From Narcine bancroftii (taxonomy: Eukaryota): a stretch of DNA of 64,000 nucleotides. Location: assembly GCF_036971445.1 (NCBI RefSeq), contig NC_091480.1, forward strand, positions 23,808,001-23,872,000, given 5' to 3'. Shown here piece after piece: positions 12,820 through 25,016 of the stretch. A model generated the notes under the pieces. That model was not told the DNA's origin and made no database searches. It saw only the letters and a program-made list of their open reading frames with translations. Every line of letters begins with the position of its first letter. Positions within the stretch are counted from its first letter, which is position 1. Both the position numbers and the translations under genes were made by a program.

Positions 12820-13390
12820 TACACAAAAGTGCTGGAGAACCTCAGCAGGAGATACGCCATGCTTGAAAAGTAAAGGGAAGTTGATGTTTTGGCCCGAGAC
12901 CTTTATCAGGGGTACTGAAAATCAGGCAAATTCCTGAATAAAAAAGTGGTGGTGGAGGGGTAGGGGTGGAAAAGGGAAAGGAAGGAGCACGGGCAAACAG
13001 ATGAGAGGGTAGAGGTGGATAGAGGTAGGAGGGTACCAGAGAAAGCAAATGAAAAGAGATATGGGGGAGAGAAAAAAAAATAGGAGAAGGAAGAGACAGT
13101 AGCTGAAGATGGGGGAGACTGGGAATAAAGGTGAACTGAAATCGGAGAAGTCCATATCGATGCCATCTGGTGGGAGACTGTCGAGATGGAACATAAGGCG
13201 TTCTTCCAATTTGCAGGTGGCCTCAACTTGGCAGTACACGAGACCACGGACAGACATGTCAGTGCAACATTGTGGTGTGGAACTGAAGCTGTTGTCCACT
13301 GGGTGGTCCTTGCAGAACAGAGAGAAGGTGCTCGACGAAGCATTCTCCCATTCTGCACCTAGTGTCTCCGATGTAGAAAGGAGCAGTGGA
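12820..13390 (-). mobile_element. Penelope-like element, GIY-YIG endonuclease C-terminus and terminal repeat
   Basis: YIGDTRCRMGECFVEHLLSV...DMSVRGLVYCQVEATCKLEERLMFHLDSLPPDGIDMDFSDF, then a pyrimidine-rich 3' region and CCTGATAAAGGTCTCGGGCCAAAACATC. Confidence 0.88.
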
Positions 13391-13679
13391 TGCAGTAAAT
13401 TACTCTTACAGTTTCACAGGTTCTTAATATGTTTCTTAGACCTGGTGGATATGCAGCAGACATCCGAAAGCACTGTAAATGTACCGTCATCGTCGGCTCC
13501 TGCAAAACCTCCAGATTGACTGGAAGGATAAGTGTTCAACACCCCAGTCACGAGACGTTAACAGGTAGGAGCTATAGGGAGTTCATTGGGAGCAGCTGTT
13601 ACCAGGCAAGCCTTCAGATGACATGTGTGTGTTGTCTAAGGACCAACTAATTAGACTTCAGGACCGGCATATTACAGAA

Positions 13680-14330
13680 ATGAGAAAGAACAGGGATGGC
13701 AAGGTAAGAGAGCCATGGATGATGAGAGAGATCATGAATCTGGTGAAAAAGAAAACATGTGCAAGTTTTGGAAGCTAAAATGAGACAGAGCCCTGGAGGA
13801 ATATTAGGAAAACAGGGAAAAAAAAACCTCAAGCAGACCAATAGGAAGGGCAAAAAGGCCCACGAATTATCCGTGATGAGTAGGATTAAAGAGAATCCCA
13901 AGGCACTTTATAAAAATCATAATAATTACAAGAAGATGAGAAGGGAAAGAATAGGTCCACTCGAGGACAAAGGAGAAAATTTATGCTTCGAAGCAGAGCA
14001 AGTGTCTGAGGTACTAAATGAATACTTTGCATCGGTATTCACCCAGGAGGAGCACGTATGGAAGATAGTGATCGGGAGGACGCTAATGCGTAAGTGCATT
14101 TGGAGATTTTAAAAGAAGATGGAGCTGGATCTTTTTAAGAGCTTGGGCTTGATGGGATCTTTCCCAGGTTATTGAAAAACATTACTGTGGCCTTGATGAA
14201 GATCTGCATTATCATTAACAACAGGCAAGGGCCCAGAGAAATGAAAAGTACCCAATGTAACCAGGATTATCCACAAAATTATAGGTCAGTGTGTCTCAGA
14301 GATTCAAGGATATGCTCAAGCATTTTTGAA
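13680..14330 (+). mobile_element. CR1 LINE ORF2 internal fragment
   Basis: REPWM, RIKENPKALYK, RERIGPLEDKGENLC...EVLNEYFASVFTQE. Confidence 0.88.
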
Positions 14331-14484
14331 ACTATGCAAGATCCCCACTTAGTCCCATGATCTTTTCCCTAGGGCTGTTCCAAGTGGAGGAGCAGCATTC
14401 AGGAGGGCTTGGAAATCAGAATTGCAAAGGGAAACACTATGTGAAGAGCAAAAGGAATGCACATCATACAATCTACTCATCTGC

Positions 14485-16255
14485 TATCCCATCAGATTCC
14501 TCCTATCCATCTGTGAAGACCCGGCAGTAATTGGCCTCATCAGCAACAATGAAGTTCTCCAGAGAAGAGGTGGTAAAATCTTGTGGTACGGTGAGAGAAT
14601 AACAGCCTGGGTCCCAACGTGGACAAGTCGAAAGAGATGATCATGGGCTTCAGGAGGAACACCACCCATCACTACACATTAATAACTCATTAGTGGAGAG
14701 GATAGAGAGCACCAAGTTCCTTGGAGTCCACTTTACAAGTGATGAATTGTAGTCACAAAACATCTCCTCAGTTGGCAGGAAGACGCAACAGCGACTGCAC
14801 TTTCTGAGAATGCCGATGCGGACAGGGCCGCCATCATGTCAATTTTCTGCAAGAGCTTTATCGAGAGTGTCCTGGCCGGCTGCATTATAGTCTGGTACAG
14901 TTTCTGTGAGGACAGATCGGAGGTAAATAGACAGGACCATAAGAGTGGCACCGGTCCCACCCACTGGGATAGTTGCCAGTCTCAACACCCATGAGCTGAA
15001 TAACTGGGTGAGCAGATTAGAAAGGCTGAGTGGCTCAAAATTATTGAGGGCCCCTAGCACCCCACGCACATCATCTTTCAGGTACTCCCATTGGAAAGAA
15101 GATAGAGGAGTATCAGTGCCAGTGTCCATCATGCAACTGACTTAGCTTTTTACCAAAAGCAATGAGATCAAAGGATCTGTTCAACTATAATCACCCAAAA
15201 CTCTAATATATTCACAAAGCATTAATTTTTTTAATATATATTTGCCTGCATTTCTATTTTTGTCTATATGTGTGCGATTGTATGTCTGGATTAAGAAAGG
15301 ATGCTGGCGTGACTGTAGTCACAGCTCTGGATCCCAGGACTGCTGTAACTAACGAGTAGAGATGTCGTGCACAAACCTGGATTTGAGAAGAGTTTTCGGT
15401 GAAACGCTGTGAGTCTGGAACTGCAACTTGGGTCGCCAAGCGATGGGTGGGTCACTGAGACAGAGCCACAAGATTTGTAGCTTGACATTCGTGGAGTGAG
15501 GTCAACTGAAGAGACCGAAGTGTGGGGTAGCGTGGCAATGTGCCTCTGGGCTTCCAGTGGTGCTTGCTTCGATGGCCGTGGAAATGGTGCAACGTGGTGG
15601 AGACGGAAAGGGGGGGGGGGGGGTGACCTGATACAACCAGTGCGATAGAGCAGTGTTAGCCTGAAAAATCCCAAAGGATGTGTTGGATGTGGTCGATGAC
15701 AACCTGAGGTGTGACAGATCGTCCAAGGTTGGTGGAGGGTGGGGGGCTTTGATGTGAACTGTTGCCATGAGAAACTGTGACTTGGTTAGTAGATTTCCCT
15801 TTTGAAGCTGAAGCTGGCAGATGGTAAACCAGCCCTAAGGTGGCTGCAGTTGGACCTTTTGTAACATTCAAATGGAATTGCGATTGGGCTTATTTGTGTT
15901 CACTGCTTGTTCTTTGAAGTCTGGTGCTTGTAGCACTGTTGTTCATTTGAAATTGGGAAGTTGTTCATTGCTGCGATTGGGAGGAATTGGTTAGGGATTA
16001 AATACTTAATGTTCTCATTTGGATCGTCTCTGTAAAAAGATGGCTATGCCATTGTATTTTGGCTGCCTGTCATAATTTAGATAGTAATCAATTTATTCCT
16101 AATTCTATGTTCAGTGCTTTGGATCAACATACATTGTGTTAAATGTGCTAAATAAATAAATTGCTACTACTGTTTTGCACTAAGGAGTGGAGAATGCTGT
16201 TATTTCAGGTTGTACTTTTGAATTTGGATGATTATCAACTTGAACTTGAACTTCA
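14485..16255 (+). mobile_element. Rex1-like LINE 3' portion; tail interrupted at 15291-16170
   Basis: VERIESTKFLGVH, IESVLAGCIIVWY; the tail resumes at 16171 and ends AACTTGAACTTGAACTT. Confidence 0.8.
15291..16170 (+). other. Unclassified ~880-bp insertion (GC-rich 5' half, AATAAATAAA near the 3' end)
   Basis: Splits a Rex1-like tail that is contiguous at ~28725-28770. No TSD and no recognisable ORF. Confidence 0.55.
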
Positions 16256-16474
16256 AAACATCTGCAGTTTCCTCCTGATAAAGATGGTTTTATCAGTCAT
16301 CTCAGAACATCAAAAAAGAGTGAAATAAACTCTTCCTCAATCCCGACGGATTGCCTCACAAGAAGATATAACACCTGTAGGTAATCAACAATAGGGGAGA
16401 CGTAATAACATTTTAACTATGTGTCATCTACATATCATCTTGGCGCCTACATCAAAAAGATAAGTTCAATACAC

Positions 16475-17020
16475 TTTGTGTATTCTACAAAAATGTGGTG
16501 GAAAGTGTGCTGACCAGCTGCAAAATGGGAACATCAATGCCCCTGAGCATAAGGCCCTCCCAAAAGGTAGTGGACAGCACCAAAACCCTCCCCACTATCG
16601 AGAGTATCTACAGGCAATGCTGCCGTCAGAGAGCAGCAGCAATCATCAAGGATCCACACCACCCAGCACATGCTCTGTTCTCACTGCTACCATCAGAAAA
16701 GAGGTCTAGATGCCACAAGACTCACACCACCAGGTTCAGAAACAGCTGCTCCCCCTCCACTATATCAGACTCCTCAACAACAAACTCAGACAGGGATTCA
16801 TTTAAGGACTTTTACCTGTGCACTTTATTCATTTTTTAAAAATCTTTATTGTACAGTCAGTTTGTTTACATTTGTTAACTGTTTGCAGTTTTTTATTTAC
16901 TTGTGTGTATAAGCTGTGTACAGTTTTTTTTTAATACTACCAATAAGCAGTAATTCTGCCTTACCCACAGAAAAAAGATTTTTATGGTTGTTTGGGATGT
17001 CATGTATGTAATCTGAACTT
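16475..17020 (+). mobile_element. Rex1-like LINE 3' end
   Basis: VESVLTSC...LPTIESIYRQCCRQRAAAIIKDPHHPAHALFSLLPSEKRSRCHKTHTTRFRNS. Confidence 0.9.
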
Positions 17021-20000
17021 TGGTTAAGCTAGACATCAACGTGGATATAAAAATTAAAACCCAATCCATATCTCCCTTGACCTCATTCAAACCAAGCCCA
17101 GCCTAAGTACATAAATTTTCAAGATCTGCTCATCCTGAAGGTATTTGTACAATAATTTATATGAATCAGTTTTGATATCGATTCACTTGCCAAGTTTGGC
17201 TGTGATCATTTGTGCATCTCCATAGTCTCACTATTTGACTTGTCCCTAATGCATGACCCAGCAACAGCCTGCACTCCGTCTTTTGCTAAACATTATACCT
17301 TCCACCAGCATTGAACTCAACTTAACAACAACACCCAGAAAGAGAATTCCAAGCCCCAGAGGCTGCCCTTCATCTATTCCCCACAGGCAGATGTTTACAG
17401 CCTGTGACACTGAAGCAAATGTGAACCCAATTCCTAAGCCTAGCCAACATTGCCCATTCATGTCCTTCCCAAGTTTCACTCTCTGCTGCCGACACCAAGG
17501 CTAGCTTGAAATCAGCACCTGAAAATTACCCTGCCATCCTGGGTCAAAATTCCTTGTCAACTTTTTGAGAGGGTGTCTAACAAAGCCATCATCCAGTAAG
17601 AGAATCAAAATGACCTCGGTAAAGAATAGTGCCAGGTCATGTAGCACAGACAGCCCAAATGTTTCTGCAGAAAATACATCTGACCCAAACCCGACAGATC
17701 CAATCGGGTTCGATTGGGCTTGCGTGCTCCATTCTAAACCCTAAACTTGAAATACTGACCTTTATATGGAAAAAACAAAGGAGGCTAAAATTCTCTTTAA
17801 AATATGCTTGAGTTTAAACTAACTGATACAATAAAGAAATATCTGAACTTTTCAAAGTATCGCAACCACCTTTTCATTGAAATAACGGACCAAATTTGTA
17901 AGGGCGCAGATTGTTTTTAGTCAGTGCAAGTTCAGTGTTAATGTACCAAATGGTTCCTTTCCTTTTTAGTGACACTTGATCATCTAAAATTAACTTTAAA
18001 TTTGGTTCAATACTGTTATTAGTTCATCTAAGGAGTTATAAGGGTGAGCCACACGGTATTATTTTAAAGGCAATGTCTCAAAACATTGTAATCCATATTG
18101 TCTATCTTTATTTTATGGGTTTTTTTTTTGCTGTTTGCTTTGTTCGAAATAAAATCAACAAAATTTGATCTTTTTAAAATCTCTCTACTTCAGAACTCAT
18201 CTTGACTTCATTCAATTATCTTTTTTATCACTTTATTCTGGCAGATTTCCCTTTTAAGTAAATTTGTTTTCAAGGAATCAATTCAAACTTCGAGGTAGCT
18301 AATTCACAATGGGCAGAAACTTGCTGGAAAATGCCAGCAATTTCATGGCAGACTGCCAGTATTTACTCACTTTAATACAAGCAAATTTGGGACCTGACAC
18401 AGAATGCACAAGCTCGTTCTTTTCAATGGACATTTTATAGCTGCAAGGAAGAGAGACAAAAATAGGTAAAGTTACATTTTTATCTTCTGCTTGCAGAAAT
18501 CCTCTAATTATTAGTGATTCGAAGGCACTTTTTTTTCTAATTTGTTTTACATTTTTAATGGTTTATTGCCAAAGAGACTATTTTGCACAGGATGTAAATC
18601 AATCTAATTCGATACATTGCTGCCAAATATAATTGAGTTCTTTTGGTGTTGGCAGCATAGTTCTATTTCATGTTATTCCTGTACTTGGCACATTCATCCA
18701 CAATGACCACCTGGCATGTGAATGCCCTTACACTCAAAGACTTAAGGTCCAGGTGTCCATGCTAAGGGATGCAGTAAATTCAATATTTTTGCTTAGAAAT
18801 TGCAGGGAATGAGGCCATCAAGTCTGCGCTGACTTCATCTAAGAGCCAATCCTGCTTGACCCATTCTTCTGTCATCCCCTTGTGGTCCTGCAGGTTATTT
18901 TCCTTTCACACGACTACAGTACAGGAAACAAATAAAGCCATAACCATTCAGAAACAGATTATAAGCAAATAAATCCTTGTTCATTTCCTCTGCCAGCACT
19001 GCCTGCCCCCCCAAAATGTCCTGCACTGCCCCTCCCCTCCTCCCTCTCTAATTCCACCTTTTGGGTTGGTTGAGCACATCACTGCTTTTCCTCTGTCGGA
19101 GTAGCAACAATATCTGAAGGACTAATAAATTTGCCTTATGAAAGGGTCATTTTATCTCCAGTCTCCCACTGCCACGTAAAAAGGAAAATGGTCTTGTTGG
19201 AACATAAAGGGAAACCAACAATTACATTGGTAATTAACGCAAAATGATAGGAAAAGGTCATTAGCTTGTCACATGATTATAAAGCCTTTAACATTTTTTT
19301 TCTGAAATTATGTGGATAACAGCTGAATAACAAAACAATTTTGATTATTTATAATTGGTGAGACAGTGCATGAATAATCTGCAGTGATGATGCACCACGA
19401 CTTGTCTATATTTGACAAAATTTTGCAAATTAGTTTTTAACAAATGCAGAATTTTTAACGGGCAATCAATCATCTCTTGGATATTGATGTGAAACACAGG
19501 CTGAAAAGGAGGCTCATCTCATAATTTCTTTCTTTAGGGCTCAAAGCCATTGAGCACAAGGGGTTAGAGGATAGATGAAGTGTCAGCTCAACTTATCAAA
19601 TTTGTTAAGCAGGGCCTAGTTTACTTCCATTGTTCCTAATACAATTTGTTTAACAAGCAATGAGAGGATCTACGATTAATTGACTACAGCTACAGTGACC
19701 CCACTGACAAATGACAAGTTACATTGAAGTTATGTTTACCATCTGGCTTCATATTATGTATGAGATAAACCTTGTAATTATTTTTGCTCAGAAAGGGATC
19801 TTCAATAATTCAATGAAATTAACTCTTGCAAGACAACACTGTTTGATACCATCCTGATACTTCATTTAGCTAGTCAAAACTTCTCCAAAACCCAATATTA
19901 CTTTCAAACTGTTTTTCATTTCAGTAAATACCTTCCCATATATACGTTTTAAGGATATTATAATATTCTCAAAATTTGCTCTGATACCATATTTGATATG

Positions 20001-20994
20001 GAGGAAATTGCTTGTCTCGTGAATAGTTTCGAACATAAATTGTGCAGCTGTTGTCTGACAGGGTGAACAGATGTGGAGGCAGTCTGTAATCAGTGAAGGA
20101 AATTCAATATCCCAAATGGGTTGGAAAATAGAAAAAAAATGTATTTTGAGTCGAGTAGAGCAAAAAATGAAGGTTGCCTTTCATGTTCTTGTTGTCATTT
20201 ACCTTGCTCATCATTTGTTACTGCTGTCTTACAACCTGTCTCCTTAAATCTAGGCGTGGAAAACATTTGATACCCATCAAAACACAGGGCAGCAAAATAT
20301 CTCCTTTACAAAATTACAAAAGGGGAAGGCTGTTATCCAATGCCTCTCTTATAAAGGGATAATGATATTTAATTAGTGTTTGGATGCGACAATGTGTTAG
20401 AATATCAATTCATTTTCAAAACATTTAGCAAAAAAATCAAGAGAAGCATAATTATTGGCAATGACACGATCAGAAATGTACTGGGAAAAATGATGCCTGA
20501 AGATTCAATAATAATTTTAAGGTGTTTTGGATATATACTTCAAAGACAATTAAAAAAAAAAACAGGGTTATACAGGGCAGAGGAATTGAACGATGTAAGT
20601 AGTCCTTAAAAAGGGCTAGAAAGAGCATGGTTTGAATAGCCTCCTTCACCCATTCTTCACTTTTAGTAGTTCCCCAATGTTGAGGAATGATTTCCACTCA
20701 ACTCTATGGGTTCCAAAGTGTCTCCTGAGGTCATGAAAGAACCATAGGACCAGATGTGTGTAAACAGGGGAAACAGGTGGTTTCTTGGATGGCGATGTGC
20801 TCCCTCCCTGCTTTATTCTGGGCTTTTGGATGATTCCCAATGAAGAGTCCAAAAACCAGTAGAGCTGGGGGCAGAAGAACATCACCTTCCATTCCATACC
20901 ATTTTGAGCAGTCGTGGGTACAGGTTCCCATGTGGCTCTTCGACTCTCAATCTCGCTGCTCTTCGACTTTCAGCACCCCCTATTGTCATTGAAT

Positions 20995-21390
20995 GTCAGA
21001 TTCACAAGAATGATACCAGGACTAGTGAGGTTCAATTACAAGGGAAAGTTGGATAAATTTAAAAATTTTGCTTACATCATGGTAGAAGCTGATTCCAGTC
21101 ATTTAAACCCGTGCCGCCCAATTACACCCAAGTTAAACTACGTTTTGGAGGTTGGGAGGACATTCACGCAGACAAAAAAGGAGAATGTTCAAATGCCTTT
21201 CAGACAGAACCTGGGTCACTGCATTATGCTAACCATACAGCCCAAGGCTGGAACTTTAATCCCAGGAGCACAAGAGGTTGAGATGTGACTTCACGGAGGC
21301 AAATAAAATTATGAGGGGCATGAATAAAGTGAATGCTCACAAGAATTTCTCCCACAGGTAGAGAAATAAAGATAGCTGGACAAGTACTTT
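20995..21390 (+). mobile_element. CR1 fragment split by a minus-strand HE1-like SINE (~21060-21245)
   Basis: RFTRMIPGL..FNY..KLDK resumes after the SINE; the SINE shows CCCGTGCCGCCCAATTACACCC. Confidence 0.7.
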
Positions 21391-21779
21391 CTTGTTTCAC
21401 TCCTTCATGCATCTGCACATGGAGCTTCTGTATATGACAATAAACTCTAATTTATTCATTCATTCTCAAAGTGGAAAATCTTCTCATCCTGTGAACCCAT
21501 ATGGGATGGCACCCACAATTCGAACAGTGGTCGAATTAGCTTCCTGTCTGATTTCACTTCTTTTCAGTCTCACATTAACTGTGAGAAACCTATCACCAAA
21601 TGAACTTATTAACCTAACAGCAGAGGGCATTGTGTTCATGACCCTGTCCATTCATTTTCTCTCTTTTTTTCCTGTACAATATGAGCCACACTGAATTGAA
21701 AAGAATGATGGTTAATGATCAATGATCTTCTTTCCAATTCTTTTTGAAGTTCTAACTATTTTGTTTAAAGTAATTACTA

Positions 21780-22130
21780 ATGGTGATGGCCAAAACTGGT
21801 CCGCCACTGTGGTCACCATCCTTCGCGTCATCTCCTCTGCTTCTCCTTCTCAATAGTGGGTGTTCTCTCCTGGAGTCTGTAACCCTCGGGGCCGCTGTCG
21901 AACATAGGCGCTGCCGTCTTGAGCCCAAACCCCGTGGCCACAGAATTTTAAATGACACACCATCAACTCCTTTAGCAGACAATTTAAAGTCTATATAGAG
22001 TGAATTGCAGTTGGACTGGGCAGTAGAACCCTGTGGGGGAGCGCTGTGTCTCCGCTCCCTGCTCTTCCTGGGTTGACACAGCAGCTGTTCTGTCACTGGA
22101 GCAGTCTCAGTTACGCTGCTATTTTTTTTC
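21780..22130 (-). mobile_element. Non-coding non-autonomous retroposon family, 5' part
   Basis: Shares CAAGACGGCAGCGCCTATG..CAGCGGCC and TTGAGAAGGAGAAGCAGAGG with 44970-45570, and is colinear with 32192-32850. Confidence 0.7.
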
Positions 22131-22229
22131 TTTGTTGCGGGATAGAATTCTTAACTTCCAAACTTCATTTAATAAGGATGTCAAATTTTGTTGCTAAAAT
22201 ATTCAGATCACTTCCAATCATGATTTTCA

Positions 22230-23015
22230 CCCTCACCTACAACATTCCTGATGACTCCACAGTTGTCGGCAGAATCACAAATGGCAATGAGGAGGCGTCC
22301 AGGAGGGAGATGGATCAGCTTGTTGAATGGTGCTCAACATCAGCAAAACCAAGGAAATGAATGTGGACTTCAGGAGGAAGTCAGGGGAACACAACCCAGT
22401 TTTTATTGATGGCTCAGAAATGGAGAGGGTCAAGAACTTCAAATTCCACGTCCTGTCCTAGATCCTCCACATTGATGAAATCACAAGACTTTGTGAGGTG
22501 GTTCGGTCTGACACCGAAGACTCTTGTAAACTTCTACACGTGCACAGTGGAGAGTCTTCTGGCTGGTTGCATCATTGCCTGGTATGGAGATGCCCACTCT
22601 CAGGACAAGAATAAATTCCAGAGGGTTGTTAACTCGGCCTGCGACATCACAGGCACCAGGCTTCATTCCACCGAGGACATCTACAGGAGGCGGTGCCTTA
22701 AAAAGTAGCCTCTAACCTCAAAGAGCCTCACCACTCAGGTCATGCCCTGTTCACTCTGCTACCATCAGGGAAAAAGTACAGGAGCCTAAATTCAAGCATT
22801 CAGTGGCAGAAGGACGGCTTCTTTCTCTCTAACATCAGATTCCTGAATAATCAAAGACACCACCTTACTTTTCGTGCACTGTTCTTCTTCTTATTATTTT
22901 ATTTTATATTTTAATGTCATAAAATGGTTATAATATGTATGTTTGCACTATGGTACTGCCACAGAACACCGAATTTCCTGACCTCCTCCTGACAATAAAT
23001 CCTGATTCTGATTCT
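22230..23015 (+). mobile_element. Rex1-like LINE 3' portion
   Basis: DDSTVVGRITNGNEEASRREMDQLVEWC, NFYTCTVESLLAGCIIAWYG; tail AATAAATCCTGATTCTGATTCT. Confidence 0.9.
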
Positions 23016-23714
23016 CACCACAATGAATTACATTTTACACATGCAAAGCACAAGACGAGGAAGAAAATTAAAGATGAGTAAATCCATTCACCATCTTGTA
23101 GTTAATTCACTTGAGATAGGGTTGGGTCTCTTGTCTGCATTCCTGGCAATCAGTCTTGCACTTCCCCACAGCTAGCTTCGAAACATGACCCCCATACAAA
23201 TGGAGTTGCTTTTGTTACCCAATAACTATCTGCCAGTGGAAATTTACATCATGGGAGCGTGCAACATAATGGGTCTCTCTACGTTGTTCCACACTGTCCA
23301 TCAAGAATGGGGTGCAAGAAATCCTTACAGCTCCACGAGCCATGATGACGTCGAAGAAGTAGCAGTGCGGAGCAAACTGGGATTTCACTCTGGTGAGGAG
23401 TCTGGAATGATCCCATGGACATGTATCATAAACAGGCAAGTTAATTTACTGCATTTGCAGCCAGAAGAGTTCTAGACCAGTTATTCAGCCCTACATGTCT
23501 GAAAATCACTACAGTTCAAATTCAAATCTACTTTCACATGTTCCAACATGCAGGAATAAAGTTTGCTCTGGATATTTCATACATTGTAGAATAAGTAAGA
23601 CAGAGTACAGATGTGTGGTGTTATAAAGGAAGATCAGATGATATTGAGCAAAGGCAGCATAATTTTGCTATTTTGGGGTTCAGTCAGGAGTCAAATCATG
23701 ACAGGAAAGAATCT

Positions 23715-24023
23715 GTGGTGCATGATCTCCTACGTGGGGCACAATCTCCTATGTAGGGCATGATCTCCTACATGGGGCCTGATCTCCTACGTGGGGCCTG
23801 ATCTCCTATGTGGGGCCTGATCTCCTACGTGGGGCCTGATCTCCTATGTAGGGCATGATCTCCTACATGGGGCGCGATCTCCTACGTGGGGCACGACCTC
23901 CTACGTGGGGCGCGATCTCCTACGTGGGGCCTGATCTCCTACGTGGGGCCTGATCTCCTACGTGGGGCATGATCTCCTACGTGGGGCCTGATCTCCTACG
24001 TGGGGCACGATCTCCTACGTGGG
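23715..24023. repeat. 19-bp minisatellite, ~16 copies (GTGGGGCCTGATCTCCTAC)
   Basis: Exact 19-bp period; many variants are CpG transitions. Confidence 0.97.
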
Positions 24024-24477
24024 ACGTATCTTCTTCCTGATGACTGGGGTGAAAAGTGTTGCTCACTTGACAGGAATGTTCACCTTTAAACATCTTCCAT
24101 AATGTTTACAAGTCAAGTTCTGAGTGATCATTGACAATCTTTTAATAAACGCCCTTAATACATTTGAGGAAATCGACTCCATGGGGACACTTTGTGTGCA
24201 TGGTTTCTTACAGCTACTGACTCTGCCAGCTCTTCCATGCCCTAAGATTTTGAAAGCACAATCAGATCACCTGATCTAACTCCATCAAACCAGATGCAAA
24301 GGAAGACCAATGTTACTAATGCATCCATTTGCATAGATAACATCCTATTACCCTGTCTTCCATGCCCTTAAATACCCAATCTCTTTGCGGATGTGTATAC
24401 ACCCTAGGGTTTTTTTTTTGTTGTTTTTTTTTTTTTTACACACAATAGGCACGTAATTGCTTGCTCAATTTAAAAAA

Positions 24478-25016
24478 AAAAGGCGAATTTACCTTTTACG
24501 CTGATGACCAAAAATGCGGGTCGGCCAGTGCTTTTACATAGGGGTGAATCGCGAGCCGGCTTCCAGAGCTGAAGGAGGTGGGGTGAGAAGATCATTAGCG
24601 TCGGCTGCCACCGTGACGTCAAACATATGCGCCGGGAAGGGAAAGTGGGCTATACTGAAAATGGTGACTGAAGAGTAGGTACAAGCGCTAGAGGAGATCT
24701 GTGCAAGCTGTCTTAGAACTCCTGCACAACCTAGTCACCTTTTTTTGACCGTATGGGTTCTTGAAAATTTGCGTTCTTGGGTTGAGGGCTGATGGCATCA
24801 TCGCGACATCATCAGCCCTCCCCTTTGGAGCAGCATTCCTTTTACGAAAGAGGTGGAGTGACTTCACTCAACCTCAGAGACTACACCCCCCCCCACCCCC
24901 CCAGGAGGATGGAAGATGGAGTGAGTTTGACCAGTCAATTGTCCTTTGGACCTTTTAAGGAGGTAAGTGAATATCTATCTTTACAATCACTTTTTTCCCC
25001 TCTATAAGAGGACTTT
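24478..25016 (+). promoter_or_regulatory. CpG-island-like promoter/first-exon module B (homologous to 10390-10880)
   Basis: About 20 CpGs in ~400 bp. Perfect CRE TGACGTCA 24614-24621, YY1-like AAAATGG (ATG at 24661), 5' splice sites GGG|GTGAGA (24583), TAG|GTACAA (24679), GAG|GTAAGT (24963). Promoter function is inferred. Confidence 0.65.

Noticed and set aside
20650-20980. Possible RTE-clade LINE 3' end on the minus strand
   Set aside because: Too degraded to assign without a library search.
10457-24958. Shared peptide ADGIIATS.A.PF.A.F in ORFs 10457..10642(-) and 24761..24958(+) as paralogous proteins
   Set aside because: A 1-nt indel just upstream breaks the shared frame, some apparently synonymous changes are CpG transitions, and an opposite-strand frame looks equally conserved. 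Treated as non-coding homology.
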